A stretch of DNA of 64,000 bases from NCBI GenBank assembly GCA_963514005.1, contig OY740809.1:28892001-28956000 (forward strand), read 5' to 3'. A program made the translations under genes and the position numbers. Position 1 is the stretch's first letter, and the number at the start of each line of letters is the position of its first letter. Source of the stretch: Raja brachyura (taxonomy: Eukaryota). Below are positions 36,801 through 50,652 of this stretch, piece after piece. The notes under the pieces are model-generated. The model ran no database searches. It saw only the letters and a program-made list of their open reading frames with translations, and was not told where the DNA came from.

Positions 36801-39299
36801 CTCCCCTCAGCTGCTTTGAACACTGTAAATCCTCCCTTCTTATCCATTCTAGGAGTCCTTATGCTCAAATGTCAACTGTTTTCTTTCCACAGATGCTGCT
36901 TGAATGGCTGAGCTCTTCCAATAATTTTCTGTTTTTGATCAATTTTTCACTAATCCCACATTTTATATGCATTTGCTGGTTCCTGTGTGTATTGGTTATT
37001 TGTGTGAAAATATAATGTCTTTCAATGTTGTACATCATAAAGGTTCAATAAAGATTTATTGTTTTTTGCATCTGAAATTGTGAGATCTTAGGTATTCTGA
37101 TTTAAAGAAAAGCATGTACCAACAAAGCACCCTTCATGATCTCAGGATGTCACAAATCCCTCCATAGCCAAATTAAGTATATTTGAATTGTTATAAAGTG
37201 GAAAATTCACCAGTATTCATAATCTGCAGTTCCTGCTTTGTATATAATCTGTTGTTGGTCAAGAAATATTGACAGAGCACCAAGAACTTGTTCTGTTTTG
37301 AAATAATTCTCTGACATATTTTACATTTACCTGTGTTTGATGCGTCAATGACTCCACAGCAATGCCAAGCCTCCTGGTGTTTCAGGGGTATCAAAGTGGA
37401 TTGTGTATTCAAGTCCCTAGAATCAAACTGAAACTGTACTTCTGTGACAATTTGCTATCCCTTAAATTGCCATATCTATCATCACACCCACTGTGATGAA
37501 TTAATTAACTTCCAAGCATCCAATTACAATTAGAATCAAGCTGCAAAGATTTAGAACCTATCATCCCAGTTCAAAATACTTCACTGCCATAGTATTGGGT
37601 GATGGTTCACCTTGGATATTAGTCTGAACACCAAATTATCATCATCCCACTAAATTTCTTCAGCCATTTCCTCATCCTTGGCCCTTAATAAAATAAAGGA
37701 CAGAGCACTGAAGCAACAGCTGAAAATGCCCCACAGTTCATCCCTAACAAAAGATATGGTAGTAGGCAAAGTGGGAGCAAGAAATACTACTATTTATCCT
37801 GTCAATTCTTATGGTTTGATGAGATTACATACGTCATATATGTGTGTATATATATATATATTTATATATGGTATATGGACACACTGATCTGTTTTGTAGC
37901 AAATGCCTTGTGTGCTGAAGCAAAGCAAGAATTTCATTGTCCTATCAGGGACACATGACAATAAAGTCACTTGGACTTGGATTATGGTTGAGATTTACTG
38001 CATTTCAATTCTCCTCCTGATTCTGTATCCTCAAATGACCTTGGCTTGCAATTATCTACCCAATATTTGGGTATGAAATTTATTATCGACATCTATTTTA
38101 GAATGGGGCGAGGTTTGACCACTCTTTACATGAAGATATTTGCACTCACTTTACTACGAATTGCCCAGGCTATGATTTTAAAATTATGATCTTTTATTTA
38201 TCCACCAGCGTAAAAAATATTTCTATCCTCCTCCTCCAAAGATTATGCAAAGAACTTAAAGAATAGAATGGAAGAAATGCTCAGGGAGAATGTTGCGGTA
38301 TAGAGATGGAATCTGTAAACGCAGACAAGGCCATAATACATAAACAAAGCGCCTAAAATATTGATCATTTGCTAAAAACAGAACTGTTAAGCAAAAGTTT
38401 GGTAATAAGAACGTAGGTTTTACAATTTCCACTATGATTTGGTTAAAAAAATATTTCAATCGTCATAAAATGCTTTGGGACAGATTGAGATTGTGAAAAA
38501 TACTGTATACATCCAAGTTCCCAGAAAAATCTTAAGGGGAAGATTTAAGCAAAACTTACATCAAACTGTTTTGCACAGCAATGATCATTTGTATTTCTAT
38601 TTCAAATATTTCCTATATTCATTGATTCTTGCCTCTCAATATTAATTATTGGAATAATTATTCCCCAAGTTTCAGGGTTTAAAGAAGTCTACATAGCATT
38701 CCTCAGCACCCCCTTTCTTATTGGAACAAACAGCCCCCAGCTCATTGTACCCCATTGCTCATTGATGGCATGCTCAACAACCATCCAAATGCTTCATGAC
38801 CAAGTGACTTGCTCATGGTCAGATTTCTGGTACAAATCACACTATATGACCCAACTGGAGATCCATGTTGTAATAGGGCATTGTAACAGGGAATTAACTC
38901 CCTGCTCATTGTTGCTGAGAATATTGCAGGGAATTGCCGCGTGGCTGGGAGTACCACTTTATTTTAAGTGAAAATCATGGCTCTCTGCTCGCAAGGAAAA
39001 TAATCTCAGAGCAGAGAGTTCTCAATGTCCTGGCCAACACAAGCAAAAGCTAACTAACTCACCATTTGATTTCACTAATGCTGAAGGAGAACCAGCTCAA
39101 AGTAATCAGTTGCTTTGAAGCACTACTTAAAATTTAGATGTGTTTTGTGAGTAAATCTTGACAATGATTCTCAAAATATGCAATCATCTGTCATTGCTGT
39201 TAGGTTTTGATTACTGTCAGCAAAAATCAGTGGAAGGAGTGAATTACAAAAATAAATGTATATTTAGACAAGACACCGAATAAAAGCATTTGATTAATT

Positions 39300-40336
39300 T
39301 CAATCACCTTTCTGTCACATGCATTTAATTGTTATATAGGAATGCTACGCATTTTTTGTTGGTTTAGTTTAAAAAATGTACATATTGTGGATTCATAATA
39401 AGCAAATTAAAACATTACAGCCTCACATTAAGAAACTTCTGAAAACATCATTGAAAAGGAGACACAATGAAGCTGCCCTTCCACAAATAGCAACCTGTTC
39501 AATTTTGGCAAGGGTATGCAAGGGAATTACAATGAAAGTAAAAATACCAGTGAACAGCAAGGTCTGCAACATCTGAAAAGAATCAACATTTCATTAAGTG
39601 GATTCTTTTTAAAAAAGTGAAGCAGAGCCTCAAGATGCAGACCCATGTATTGGTTTGTGCAAATGCTATGGAAATGCTGAGTGTTTTCAGCAATTTGTCG
39701 TTATTTTACATCAGTTTTGCACCATCTGGAGTTGCTGTTTTTTCACCTGTTACATCTATTGTCACTGCTTTCCAAACCTCTCTCCATGTATCCAATGTCA
39801 GATACAATTTTTCTTCAGCTGGTTTTGTTATCCACTGCTACTGGTCCTTCAAACTTTAGTTTTGCTTCAAGTAGGAACAATCCCCACCACTTGCAGGTAA
39901 TCAAATGTTGATTCCATGCTTAGACTAGGCATGGTTAAATCTGAATCAACTCTCCTGGCTTAACAGTTGCCAGTGGGAGTTGTGGTAAGAAATTTTAAGT
40001 ATATGGCCTGGTACTTATTTTGCATTCAAATACATCAAGAAACCAAAGATTGCATCTTCATTACAAATTGTTCTGATAAGGGAGAAACAATGCGAGATAA
40101 TTACATGCTACCCAAACACTTGGTTGATGGCAGCATACAAAATGAAGGAAACTGGAGCGGATTCTAACCCATGGTTGGAACAGAGCACAAAGAACGCATC
40201 ATAATATTGCATTCCTTCTTTTAAAAAAAATCATGTCAAAATTCATACCTTTTACACATAACTACGTTTTGGTAACAGTACATTCAGATACAGCCAAGCA
40301 ATTACTTTTATAGCTCAAATGTTTGTTTTTCTTCTT
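39300..40336 (-). other. GMEB1: Probable GMEB1 3' UTR with candidate ATTAAA poly(A) signal at 39329-39324
   Basis: Repeat-poor AT-rich sequence downstream of the stop codon. The end point is a guess from one ATTAAA hexamer. Confidence 0.4.
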
Positions 40337-41046
40337 TCAATTTTCCTCATCCTGCTGATCCTCATGGGCCACAATTTCGATGGCTTGTATTTGGGTTTCG
40401 TTGTCCGTTTCAGGTGTCTTATCATCACAATCTGCTTCTGCCACACCATCTGGGTCTGAGTCCATCTCTGGCCCAGGATGAATTTCAATCACAGTCTGCG
40501 ATTCTGCTGTTGAATGATCAACACTATGGCTCTGAACAACAGAGGCCAGACCAGAGTCCACTGTGACTAGCTCCACGGGGCCCATGCTCATACCAGCCAT
40601 TGTTGTGATGGTGTTGCTGTCTTGGATGGCGGCTGTGCTCAGCAGGGCAAGGCTGGAGGCGGGATGAATGGTGACCGTGTCGGAGGTAGTCTTGGCCGCA
40701 CTGACCACGGAGGCATACCTGGTGAAAATCTGCGACCCACCTGACAGTGTGTGGACAGTGACAGGGCTGGATTGCTGGCCAATGGTCATGGGCATGGTTG
40801 TGACATTGGCAACAGAAAAGTTTGTTCCCATTGGCGTGATTGAAATAGGTGATATGACAGTGAACTGGGGTTGCTGAAGCGGTGTGGTTGGGGTCAGAAT
40901 GCTGGCTGAGGCAGGTCTCTGGAGTCGAGGGCGCTTGTTGGGCTTGGGAGTGGCGATCGGCATCAGCACCACATTTTGTAATGTTTGGTTTTTCAGTTTC
41001 TGTTCCTTGGCTCGTCTCCTCTGCTCCTCCAGCTGGCGTTCCAGTT
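40337..41046 (-). CDS. GMEB1: GMEB1 terminal coding exon (coiled coil, KRPRLQRP basic motif, S/T-rich and acidic C-terminus)
   Basis: AG at 41048-41047, open to TGA at 40339-40337; LERQLEEQ, QNVVLMP, KRPRLQRPAS, QQPQFTVISPI, DTVTIHP.SSLALLS. Confidence 0.96.
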
Positions 41047-42460
41047 CTATTGGCAAGAAGGAAGCAAGAGTAGGGGGAATTGGGAAAGGAAAATAAATTA
41101 TACATTATCAAAATGGTAACATCACCAACTGCACAAGTTCTTATTACACCTCATGTTGTGGCTCAGTATGTGGCATTATGAGGCAATTAAAAGTGTAATC
41201 AATATCAGCGTACAATTAAATTACGTGTAATACCAGTTAGTACTGAATGGATCTTTAAAAGCAGTACTGTTCAAAGAAAATGAATATCAAACACCCCCTT
41301 TATCAATGTAACCAGACATAAAGGCAATTAATAGAAAACATTACCATCTTCTCTTCACGTACATGCAAGATTCCTTCCTTATCTTTTCCTGAAATCCCTA
41401 ATTATCATCTCCTGCACACTACCGATTATCCACCTGAGCTTCAAGCTCTGGAATTCCCTCCATTAACCTGCACAGTTCTCTAATTCTTTCAGAGTTTTGA
41501 TTACATGTGTCCTATGTGGCAGTGTGACTCTTCTGTCAGGAACTGTGGGATGCTTTGTGTGTGTAACGTGATATTTTGTAAGTTGAATATGTGGTGTCAG
41601 TTACTCAAATGTGAGAAATTTTACAAAGCCGCCCAAAGATCATGGCTACAATTAAGCTGCATACCAAAGGGGAGATGAAGAACCAGCAACGGGTAGATAT
41701 GCAGTGTTGAATTTTTAATAGTATCTAAGTATTTACTTTTTACAGACTGGGCATGCATGCTTTACTCTGTCAATGGACTCCAACATAAAGGATTCTTATG
41801 GAAGAAAAGGGTGCACCCAACCAAAAACAATCTTATCCCTTGATACATACTATTTTGTGATTTTAATACTTATTGACTGACTGAGTGCAGCTGTTGACGG
41901 ACTTTCACATTCCTGTGATGACAGAGGAGAGTAGTGAGTGAGCGGGCTGGGCTCACCTCCTGCACCCTCGGAGGCGCTCTGGATGTTGAGGTCGGCTACG
42001 GGAGGTGCCCCCAATGCACAGTCAGAGTGGTGGCCGTGTGAGACGAAGGATGGCGCATTTACAGGTCAATGTGCCTGGTTCGATGTGCTGTGGAGTGGGC
42101 CGCTGGAGACCTTGCAGCAGCCTGGGGGTCAATTGGGTTGGACGCGGCTTGCAGCGGCACAGAGCAGTGGAGGACTTTGACATCACATGGCAAGGCCAAC
42201 CCCTGCAACTCCGATCCCGTGCCGCCACCAGAAGAATGGGCCTTTATGGCCAAGTTATGACACCACATTTTTAATAAAATTGAAACTTGAAGGATCAAGA
42301 TGGCACCCACAGTGTGCAGATAAAAGGAAAAAAGCACAACATTTAGTAGAAGATCAAGTCTGATTAAAGATAATTTAAAGGTCTCCAAAGAGGTAGATGG
42401 GAAGTCAGGACTGCAGTCGAGCTGGTTCAGTTGCCTGATAACTTGATAAATGCAACTTAC

Positions 42461-42583
42461 CTGCAAGATCATTATGAATCTGTTCTTGGCTTTGATCAGT
42501 TTGACTCTTCCTGTTGTCCAATACCTTCTTCACAGTCTCTAGAAGGCCAAATGTGTGTGCCATATTGTTCAGCACTGCAGCAT
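42461..42583 (-). CDS. GMEB1: GMEB1 exon (DAAVLNNMAHTFGLLETVKKVLDNRKSQTDQSQEQIHNDLA)
   Basis: 123 nt, tttcAG acceptor and GTAAGT donor; DAAVLNN.AHTFGL...VKKVLDNR. Confidence 0.95.
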
Positions 42584-43002
42584 CTGAAACAAACACACAA
42601 CATATTCGGAAATGCTTTTATAATCCAGAACTGGAGATCAGTCAGAGTAAAGATTCTGCCTATCATGACAGATGAGATGAAATTTCTCATTGGTCAAAGA
42701 AATATGCTGTAAATAGCATCTTCAATTTGTCCAGTCAATGAATGGGAAATGATCAATGGGAATATGATTGCACGGCTGTATAGTAATTTATGAATGGCAG
42801 CTGCAAAGTACTTTACCTCCCATTTGAAATAGTGAGGTAACAAACTGAATGTGAAATGATCAGATGTGGCTCTCTGTCATAGTTCATCTCAATGATATGT
42901 CTGCCGAAACCCAAACAGGAATTAGTTTGAAAGTTACTGTTGCAAAATTATCATTCGAGGGCCAGTACTCGAGTATGTGAAGCACAATACTCCTCTACCT
43001 AC

Positions 43003-43140
43003 CTGTAATCTGCAGTGGAGTTTGACCCATCCTCTGCTGAACACCAGCCAGCATCTCCATCAGCTCCTTCTGAATATTGGTAACAACCTCCCCCAGCAAC
43101 CCCACGTCTGCTATTCCTTTCCAGAAAGCCAAGGTGTCCT
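43003..43140 (-). CDS. GMEB1: GMEB1 exon (EDTLAFWKGIADVGLLGEVVTNIQKELMEMLAGVQQRMGQTPLQIT)
   Basis: 138 nt, canonical splice sites; FWKGIADVGL is conserved in GMEB1. Confidence 0.95.
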
Positions 43141-43899
43141 CTGCAACAAATAAAGCGACTCCATCAATATGATATTCTACCAACACCAGTTATGTCCCAG
43201 ATCAGATTATTATCTTAGAACTCTATAATGACAATGGATGCAAAACATTCTACCTCCACTTACTCAGATAACGTGAGAAGCAAGAACCCACATAAACAGA
43301 TGTTCCATAAAGAATCACGAGACAGTTACAGTGAACTGTTTGGTTTGCACTTAACTTCAGTGCAACATGGTTGAAGATATATTTGGAATGGAAGCTTCTC
43401 AGGGTTATCGGAAGAAAAGTAATCACAGAACTAAGTGACAATTCATTCCAAAACCCACAAGGCAGAGAGCCAAATGGCCTCCTGTGGAGAAAACCCGTGC
43501 CCACACAATGCACCTTAGACCTCCAAGTTTTCCCAACCTATGTTCATTTCAAATTGCACTATGTTACTGTAAAGAAGTTAACACGTACACAGTGTTTCTT
43601 TACCAAGTCTTTATTAATCACATATATCGATGCCCTAGTTGTACATGGTCTGCACGTTTTACTAGAGGAGGTACCAGGGATGGAGAGACAGTAATATACT
43701 TGGTGAAAGGGGAGTGGCTACACAACCTACAATTAAAGGGACATGCACTAAACATCTACAGTTACTCTGCCACAAACAGTGATCATCAGTTGCTTCAGAT
43801 TTTCAACTGAAGCAACATTAATCAAAAGTGAAGAAAAATGACAGTATGGCCTTAAATAGATTTAAAATGCCTTTTGAGACCCAAGGACACGTTGAAGGA

Positions 43900-44225
43900 G
43901 TTTAGTTTAGAGATACAGCGCGGAACCAAGCCCTTCGGCCCACCAATTACCACCAACTAGCGATCTCCGCATATTAACACTATCTACACGTACTAAGGAT
44001 AATTTACATATATACCAAGGATACAAACCCACGCCTCAATTGACCTACAAACCTGTATGTATTTGGAGTGTGGGAAGAAACCGAAGATATTGGAGAAAAC
44101 CCACTCGGTCATGGGGAGAACGTACAATCTCTGTACAGACAGCACCCATAGTCCGGATCGAAACAGCAACCCGGGCACTGCAAGCGCTGTAAGGCAGCAA
44201 CTCTACCGTTGCACCACCGTGCTGT
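43900..44225 (-). mobile_element. HE1/V-SINE-like tRNA-derived SINE
   Basis: Minus strand has the A-box-like GCACGGTGGTGCAACGGTAGAG, a V-domain-like TTCTCCCCATGACCGAGTGGGTTTTCTCC, and a (CTAAA)n tail. Confidence 0.8.
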
Positions 44226-45404
44226 CCGTTCACAGTAAAAATATATTTAAAGTGATGCCACTTTTCTTATGTGGTCAATTAGTGCTCATCCAGGACACAA
44301 ACAACTGAGATTAGTAATCTGAATCTCAGTCTTGGTATTGGTATGTTATTGTCAAGTGTACCAAGGTATAAAAACTTAATGACATTAGCTTGATAAGAAA
44401 CATTGGCGAGGTAAATGGGGCCCCAGTTTAATGCTGCTTTCAAAGACAATAGCTCTTCTAAAATGCACCACTTTCTCATTGCCACTCAGATACTGTGTTA
44501 GGACGCTGGAGAGGGGTACAAACCACAGTATTCTAACATCAACGGATACAAGTCTATTATTCTTCTTAGGCAATCCCTTGGGATGAGGGTTCACCCACTT
44601 CTGCTGCAGATTTGTGGGTTCTAAGGTGACTGAAGAGCCAACGTGCAAACTAGATGCTTCCACATATAGAACAGAAGGTGACTTAAAGATTTGAAAGTTT
44701 GGGATGTAGTATGCTTGGTCCTACCATTTACAGGACCTCACGTGCTACAGGGACTCAAGGTTCTCACTGCCACCTCAAATGCTCCTTCCTCAATGAGTGG
44801 TCACAGACGAATATGTGGGAAAGCTGCAATTTTTCCACGGTAGATTTGAGCACACCCTTTAATTATTCCTTCGGTCCATTTGGTAATCTCATTCCACGAC
44901 AGAGCTTGGAATAGAGCAATTGTTTCAGGAGTCTGATATCAGGCATACAAGTGATGGAACCTGCCCAAATAAACTGGATGAATGTAATCTGGGCTTCAGT
45001 GCTGGCAATATTGGCCTGACAGAGCACAGCACAATTGATTCATCACATCCATTCTTGTTTATGATGATATGTAATATGAACCCAAACATACACTTACATT
45101 TGTAGACTCGTGTTGTGGCATGGGGAGGGAGGGTTGGGGAGACAATATTAGCTTTTCCCATTCAAGATAAATTGAATGCAGATTATCCAAGTTTGAACTT
45201 GTTGGCACGTACAAGTCAGACGTTCACTAGGTCAATGCTTTTATGTGCTTCAGTATACTGGGCAATTGCATTTTATAACCAATGGATAAAGCTAATTGTT
45301 TTTATGAAAAAAATAAATCAGTTCACTCCCATGCAAAAGGCAGGCAGCAGCCCCAGATGCCAACGGTTAACTCAAAGCTATCCAGTCTGGAACTTCAAAA
45401 TTAC

Positions 45405-45530
45405 CTGAGATTTCTTCGCCATCTTTCCTGTTTAGATCCTCTGTAGTAACTGCCACTGTGGTCAAAGCTGGACTCCACTCAATGCACTCTTCAGTGTTCT
45501 CTTCAGACACCGTAATGTGGGCCCCATTAC
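45405..45530 (-). CDS. GMEB1: GMEB1 exon (GNGAHITVSEENTEECIEWSPALTTVAVTTEDLNRKDGEEIS)
   Basis: 126 nt, ttttatAG acceptor and GTAA donor, phase 1-1; resembles GMEB1 ISEESMEEAGLEWNSALT...KDSEEIS. Confidence 0.92.
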
Positions 45531-45884
45531 CTATAAAATGAACACAGAGCTTTTAAATGGTATACTTTGGTGTATAGTTACTGTGTAAGAAAATTAAAGC
45601 TCTCTCCTTACGAGTCAGCATGCTTCATTTATAACCTGCCTACACCGTTCTTTACCACTCAGAAACAATCCTACATATGAAGGCAAGGATTAGTTGTTTC
45701 AAGTCTGCACCATATTCGTGATACCTAGAGAATTATGCAAACCACTTCTTATTCTACAAATCAATTCGCTGCCAACACATGTATAAATTAAAGTCACAGA
45801 AAAAGGAAAGACTGGCAAATGGCTGGAGTGGGTGATTTATGACAAAATTCCTTTCTAACCCCCTCAGGCAATATAGTTGTTAAC

Positions 45885-46130
45885 TGCTTATCGACTTACC
45901 TTTTACATGATGCGATATTAGTCCCAGCCAGGAATCAGTCCAGCTCTCTCATTCTTGAAGGCCTGCACAGGGTCAGCACCCAGCACACCAACCGGCAATG
46001 CATTCCAGAAGCTCACTACTCTAGGAAAAAAGAGAACCACCTAACATCTAGCCTACTCCTACTTTTTGCATAGTTCAAATGCATGTCCCCAGTCCTCCCC
46101 AATCTATCAAACTGCAATGATCCATCATTA
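45885..46130 (-). mobile_element. Old CR1-type LINE 3' fragment in a GMEB1 intron, sense to the gene
   Basis: Minus strand translates, with frameshifts, to GRTG..KSRSRLDVRWFSFF..VVSFWNALP, the CR1 ORF2 C-terminal motif. Confidence 0.65.
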
Positions 46131-47128
46131 TGTACACAATTCCAGCCTGAAAATATCTTCTGTAGCTCTTGAAGTAATTTTTGGCGAAGAAGAATTGTAG
46201 ACAATTCTGTATAACAGGGCCAGAAGGGCCAATATCTACTTGTTGGGAACTATTGTTGCCGCGGAAAACAGACAAATTGTCGCAATGTTAAAGCATCAGA
46301 TGTCCTTCAACGAGCTACTGTCCCGGACATTTCAACCACAGAATTCATTCCGCATCAAGCTTTAACTCATCAAAAATAACGTAAATATTTAAACTGCATT
46401 GTCATATTGTAATGCAACACATAAAGTGTGGAGATCATGTGAATTCCTTGCTGGATAGTGCAGTCTGCCCTATAAAGGCGGATGCAATTGGACCATGATA
46501 TCGTCAGGGTTCACCAACTGCAATTTCAAGTTCCCTCAGTGGCAAATCAATCTTATACACATGGGAATGAATTCTGAGTGGACAGGCAGGATAAGGACAG
46601 CAGGTTCCCATTCCTCAAAGGACCATAATGAACCACATTAATTTACAATAGCGTGACAACTTCACGGTTACTTTTACTTACTTCCAGATTAAGAACATCA
46701 ATTCAATTTCTCAATCAGCACAGCTTGATTGCGTGATCAGTGGGTTAAATGTTCACTAAAATTATACAACATTGTGTTGGAGACAGGGAAAAAGAACACC
46801 AAATACTAGAAATACAAAATGATGCAGGCATACATGTGATATACTCCGCATTCCATAAGGACTTTTGACGAAGAATTTCACCTGAAACAGTGACCTTCCA
46901 ATCTCAGAAGCATTTTTTTTTTTTGTCACAATCAACAGCTTGCTTTTGTATCAGGCTCAAAAACAACCTACAGCATAACACTGATGTAGAGAACAGATTA
47001 TTGCAGTCCTGCTAAGAGCACAATAATCACATACAGTTCACATCTCCCTGATGAACTTGCAACATTCTCTGCTATCACAATCTGCTATCTCCATCATCCT
47101 CAATGCATCACTGCGGCATTACACTTAC

Positions 47129-47286
47129 CTTCTATGGTGGTTGGAGTTTGTATCACATTGCTCTGCTGGCTGGGAACTGGTGCCCGAGCGCTACTGATCA
47201 GAAGGTCGAACTTTGTGCTTCGGCAGGTATTTGTACAAACTTTATCATGCTGAAAAAAGTCCAACTGCCCAGAATCCATCATCTTC
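47129..47286 (-). CDS. GMEB1: GMEB1 exon (KMMDSGQLDFFQHDKVCTNTCRSTKFDLLISSARAPVPSQQSNVIQTPTTIE)
   Basis: 158 nt, AG and GTAAGT sites, within ORF 47100..47408; HxxxCxxxC zinc-binding motif following the SAND domain. Confidence 0.96.
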
Positions 47287-49374
47287 CTACCAATAATGCA
47301 ACCAAATATTAGGCACACAATACATTGGCCCCTTTGCCACCATACAACTACAGTCTTTAATCTCCATTTAGACTTTAGGCTGCAAAAGGATTTCAACTGA
47401 ACTGGCACTTCCTATTGCTCCCTTAATATTTCTTCTTGGGTAAAAAAAAGACGAAAGTAATAAAAACAGATTTTATTGCAACTTTCAAAATGGGAACGGA
47501 TGGTTATTGGAGGAAGAAATTTGCAGAGATTAAGAGATAAACAAGGGGAATAAGTAACATTATTACACAAAATAACAATTGTCTTCTTACTATAACATTC
47601 AACGATAATCAGAGTTTAGGCTATTCTAGTTTTCATACAGCTAATGGAAAGGTTTATTTTCCTTTTTCAAGATGAAGAAGCCTTGCTCCTCTGACACCTG
47701 AAGAATTTATTCCAGTTGTGGAACTCTCTCAACATTTCTCTAATAACCTACATTAAATAAAAAGTTTCTAAAAATTACTATTTCATGATTATAATTTTCA
47801 TTTTTTGCAATATTCTGTGCCATGTGTTTTAGCCATTTTAAAAAAGAGCAAGAGAATAAAACACATATCCAAATGCTCAATGTACACCACAATCATTATT
47901 TCATTTTAATAAAGCTGCATCAGAAACTTTACTTCAAGGATTTTCCAGAGATTTAAACTTGAAAATATTGATTAACTTGGATTGGCACATGCACAACGCT
48001 GCACAAGAGTGCAGTGGCCATTCTTGAGATATAACAATAGACAGCTGTTTGGGTTGAGATCAACATCATTCACTTCAGCAGACAACAAGACATAGAAGCT
48101 ATGGAATTACCAAAGCATGAAGTGCATTCTTCATCTCATACCCCGCTAATTGTTTCATAAAGATGTTTCTACCTTGCTGCTATAAACCTTCAGCTGTAGA
48201 ATAGAGTCCTGTCGTTTTTTTCCCCCCATTTGTGTTGCAAACAAAGTTCACACCACAAAAAAAGCACAGCATATTTATGAGTGATAGGCTTACGGAGACA
48301 AAACAATTTCCATTGGACGACGTGACAATTCAGCAAACTAATCCAATACATGGTTAAGACCAGAGCTCAGCACAAAAACAGTAAAAACAATTTAGACTTA
48401 TTTATTGCTTTCAACGTGTTCAAGATGAAATTGGGCATACTCTGGTTAGGACACCTCAAAAATCTCTTTGCAACTGAGAAAGGAAGAGAACAGTGTAAAC
48501 AGACAATTGCTGATTTATTAAGAACCATGTAAACGGTTATGTCTGTCCTTTCAAGGTAATATTATTAGTGGTGATCACCATACATTAAACAATGAGTAAA
48601 TGTGAAAGTTTAGAGAGATGGTTGAGGGGGATGCAGGGGGGGGTGGAAGATATATGGAAAAGGAGTAGAATGAGTAACATCATAGGGGACTAGAATTTTA
48701 CCAATACAGGTGAAGCTCTTGATAGGTTGTATGCAAGTCTCATACATGTAAACACACAATCCTTGATTTTTGTATTTATATAATAACAGATCTGTGAAGT
48801 CTTCAAAGGGAGAGCATGTTGCAGCACCAGATTGTCACAGAAGGCTACAAATGCAGAAAACTGCGAGAAACTTGGCACTTTGCCGACACAAAATATCAAG
48901 GTGTTTAAAGCACAATAGTTCGAAGACAAAAGGCTGATTAAAATGGAGCAATTTCAGGAACTTTGGCTTTTGGAGAAATGCAGGGAGGGCACAAGAAAGA
49001 GAAACTACTGATGCTGTAATTTTGAGCAAAATACAAAGTGTAAATTAACGCTTATTAATCCATGCCATTTATAATCTCCACTACACATATATGCATGCCA
49101 TCCACTACATGGTATTATGGTACCACACTAACAAGGACAGCCAGCTCTCAGAAGCCATGCAGAGTGGGAATGCATGGCTGGCAGTTTGAATGCTCTGTAT
49201 TACTGAATGGAATAAAGACTAATGTTATACCATGTATGTTGTGGTGGATCATTTACAAACACAAAGTACTGGAGGAACTCAGCGGGGTCAGGTAGTACCC
49301 CTGGAGGGGAATGGATTGGAAAATGTTTTGGATCGGGAGTCACAATCTGAGATGTCGTCTTTCCTACCCTCCAA

Positions 49375-49965
49375 GGCGGCATGATGGTGCAGCGATAGAG
49401 TTGCTGCCTTAAGGGCTTGTACCACTTAGGCTATTTTTTAGGCGACTACAGGAGACTAGTCCTGTCTGGTCATGAGTAGTCTCCTCAATCGCCCAAAGAG
49501 TCGTAGCACCTTTCTGGTCGCCGCTGGATTTTCAACATGTTGAAACATTTTTGGAGGCAGTCGGCAACAGTGGGTTTGACACCAATTAGGGTAGCTTGAC
49601 TTCTCCTGACGTAGGTACTGTCGTAGTTGGCGCCAGTTAACCTAGGTTGTCGCCGGTGCTAACTTTATGTCGAAGGGGGGGTCCAGTCGCTGTTTTTTCA
49701 GCGACCTGCTACGACAATGACAGTCGCCTAAAAATAGCCTAAGTGGGACAGGCTATTCTCCCTGTTTGCACATTCTCCCTGTGACCTGCGTGGGGTTTCT
49801 CCGGGATGTTCGGATTCCTCCCACAATCCAAAGATGTACAAATTTGTAGGTTGTGGCTTGGTATAATTGTAAAATTGTCCCTATGTGTGTAGGACACCAT
49901 TAGTGTGCAGGGATCGTTGATTGGCGGGCCAAAAGGCCTGTTTCCCCGCTGTATCTCTAAACTAT
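49375..49965 (+). mobile_element. HE1/V-SINE-like SINE interrupted by a MITE
   Basis: Head GGCGGCATGATGGTGCAGCGATAGAGTTGCTGCCTTA; body resumes after 49755 and ends GTATCTCTAAACTA. Confidence 0.75.
49412..49755. mobile_element. PIF/Harbinger-like MITE
   Basis: TIR GGCTTGTACCACTTAGGCTATTTTTTAGGCGACT / AGTCGCCTAAAAATAGCCTAAGTGGGACAGGC, inserted at TTA. Confidence 0.78.
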
Positions 49966-50652
49966 AAGATGCTGCCTGAACCCTTGAGTTCCTCCCGCGA
50001 TTTTGTGTTTTACATTTACGTTATGTACCTCACAGTGGTTTTGGCTGAGCATAAATGTGGGTCAGGAAATGTGCAAAGCTCTGCACTTTTCTTGAGAAAG
50101 TGCATGGGATTTCATACATCTACCTGAAAGGACTAGTAGCATATAAACTTAAATCGTGTGGGAAAAACGAGTCGCAGACAGCAATGTTGCCCAGTTCCAA
50201 CTAAAAGCCTTTGATACAAAACATAGACCCGGGTTTGCACAGATGCTGCCAGACCTGCTGAGTATTTTCAGCATTTTCTGACAATTCACTGAATTAGAAA
50301 CTTTGCAACCAATGGTAAGTGGTATTTGATCTTATCTACAGACAGGAATCAAATGCGAGACATACCATTCAATACTCAATAAACACAATAAAAACTGGGT
50401 GTAATAGATGAGAAGAATGGAATAAAATATTGAAATGGGTAAATGATGGTAATATCTTTGAAGGGGAGAAGAAAAGGAGGTAGGAAGGTTACGTGGGCAA
50501 TCAAAGTTGAAGGAGGAGATTTAAACGTGCTGAAAGTGGCCCTCACATTAGAAACATGTATTGAAAATTAAAAGCAAGTACTCACTCTGGCAGTTCAAAA
50601 TACATAAGCAAAGAAGTTAACAAAAATGGCAATTCTGGAAAATGATACTAAC

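Noticed and set aside
43900-44225. tRNA-like A/B box sequence as a tRNA gene
   Set aside because: It is the head of a SINE followed by the SINE body and tail, with no full cloverleaf.
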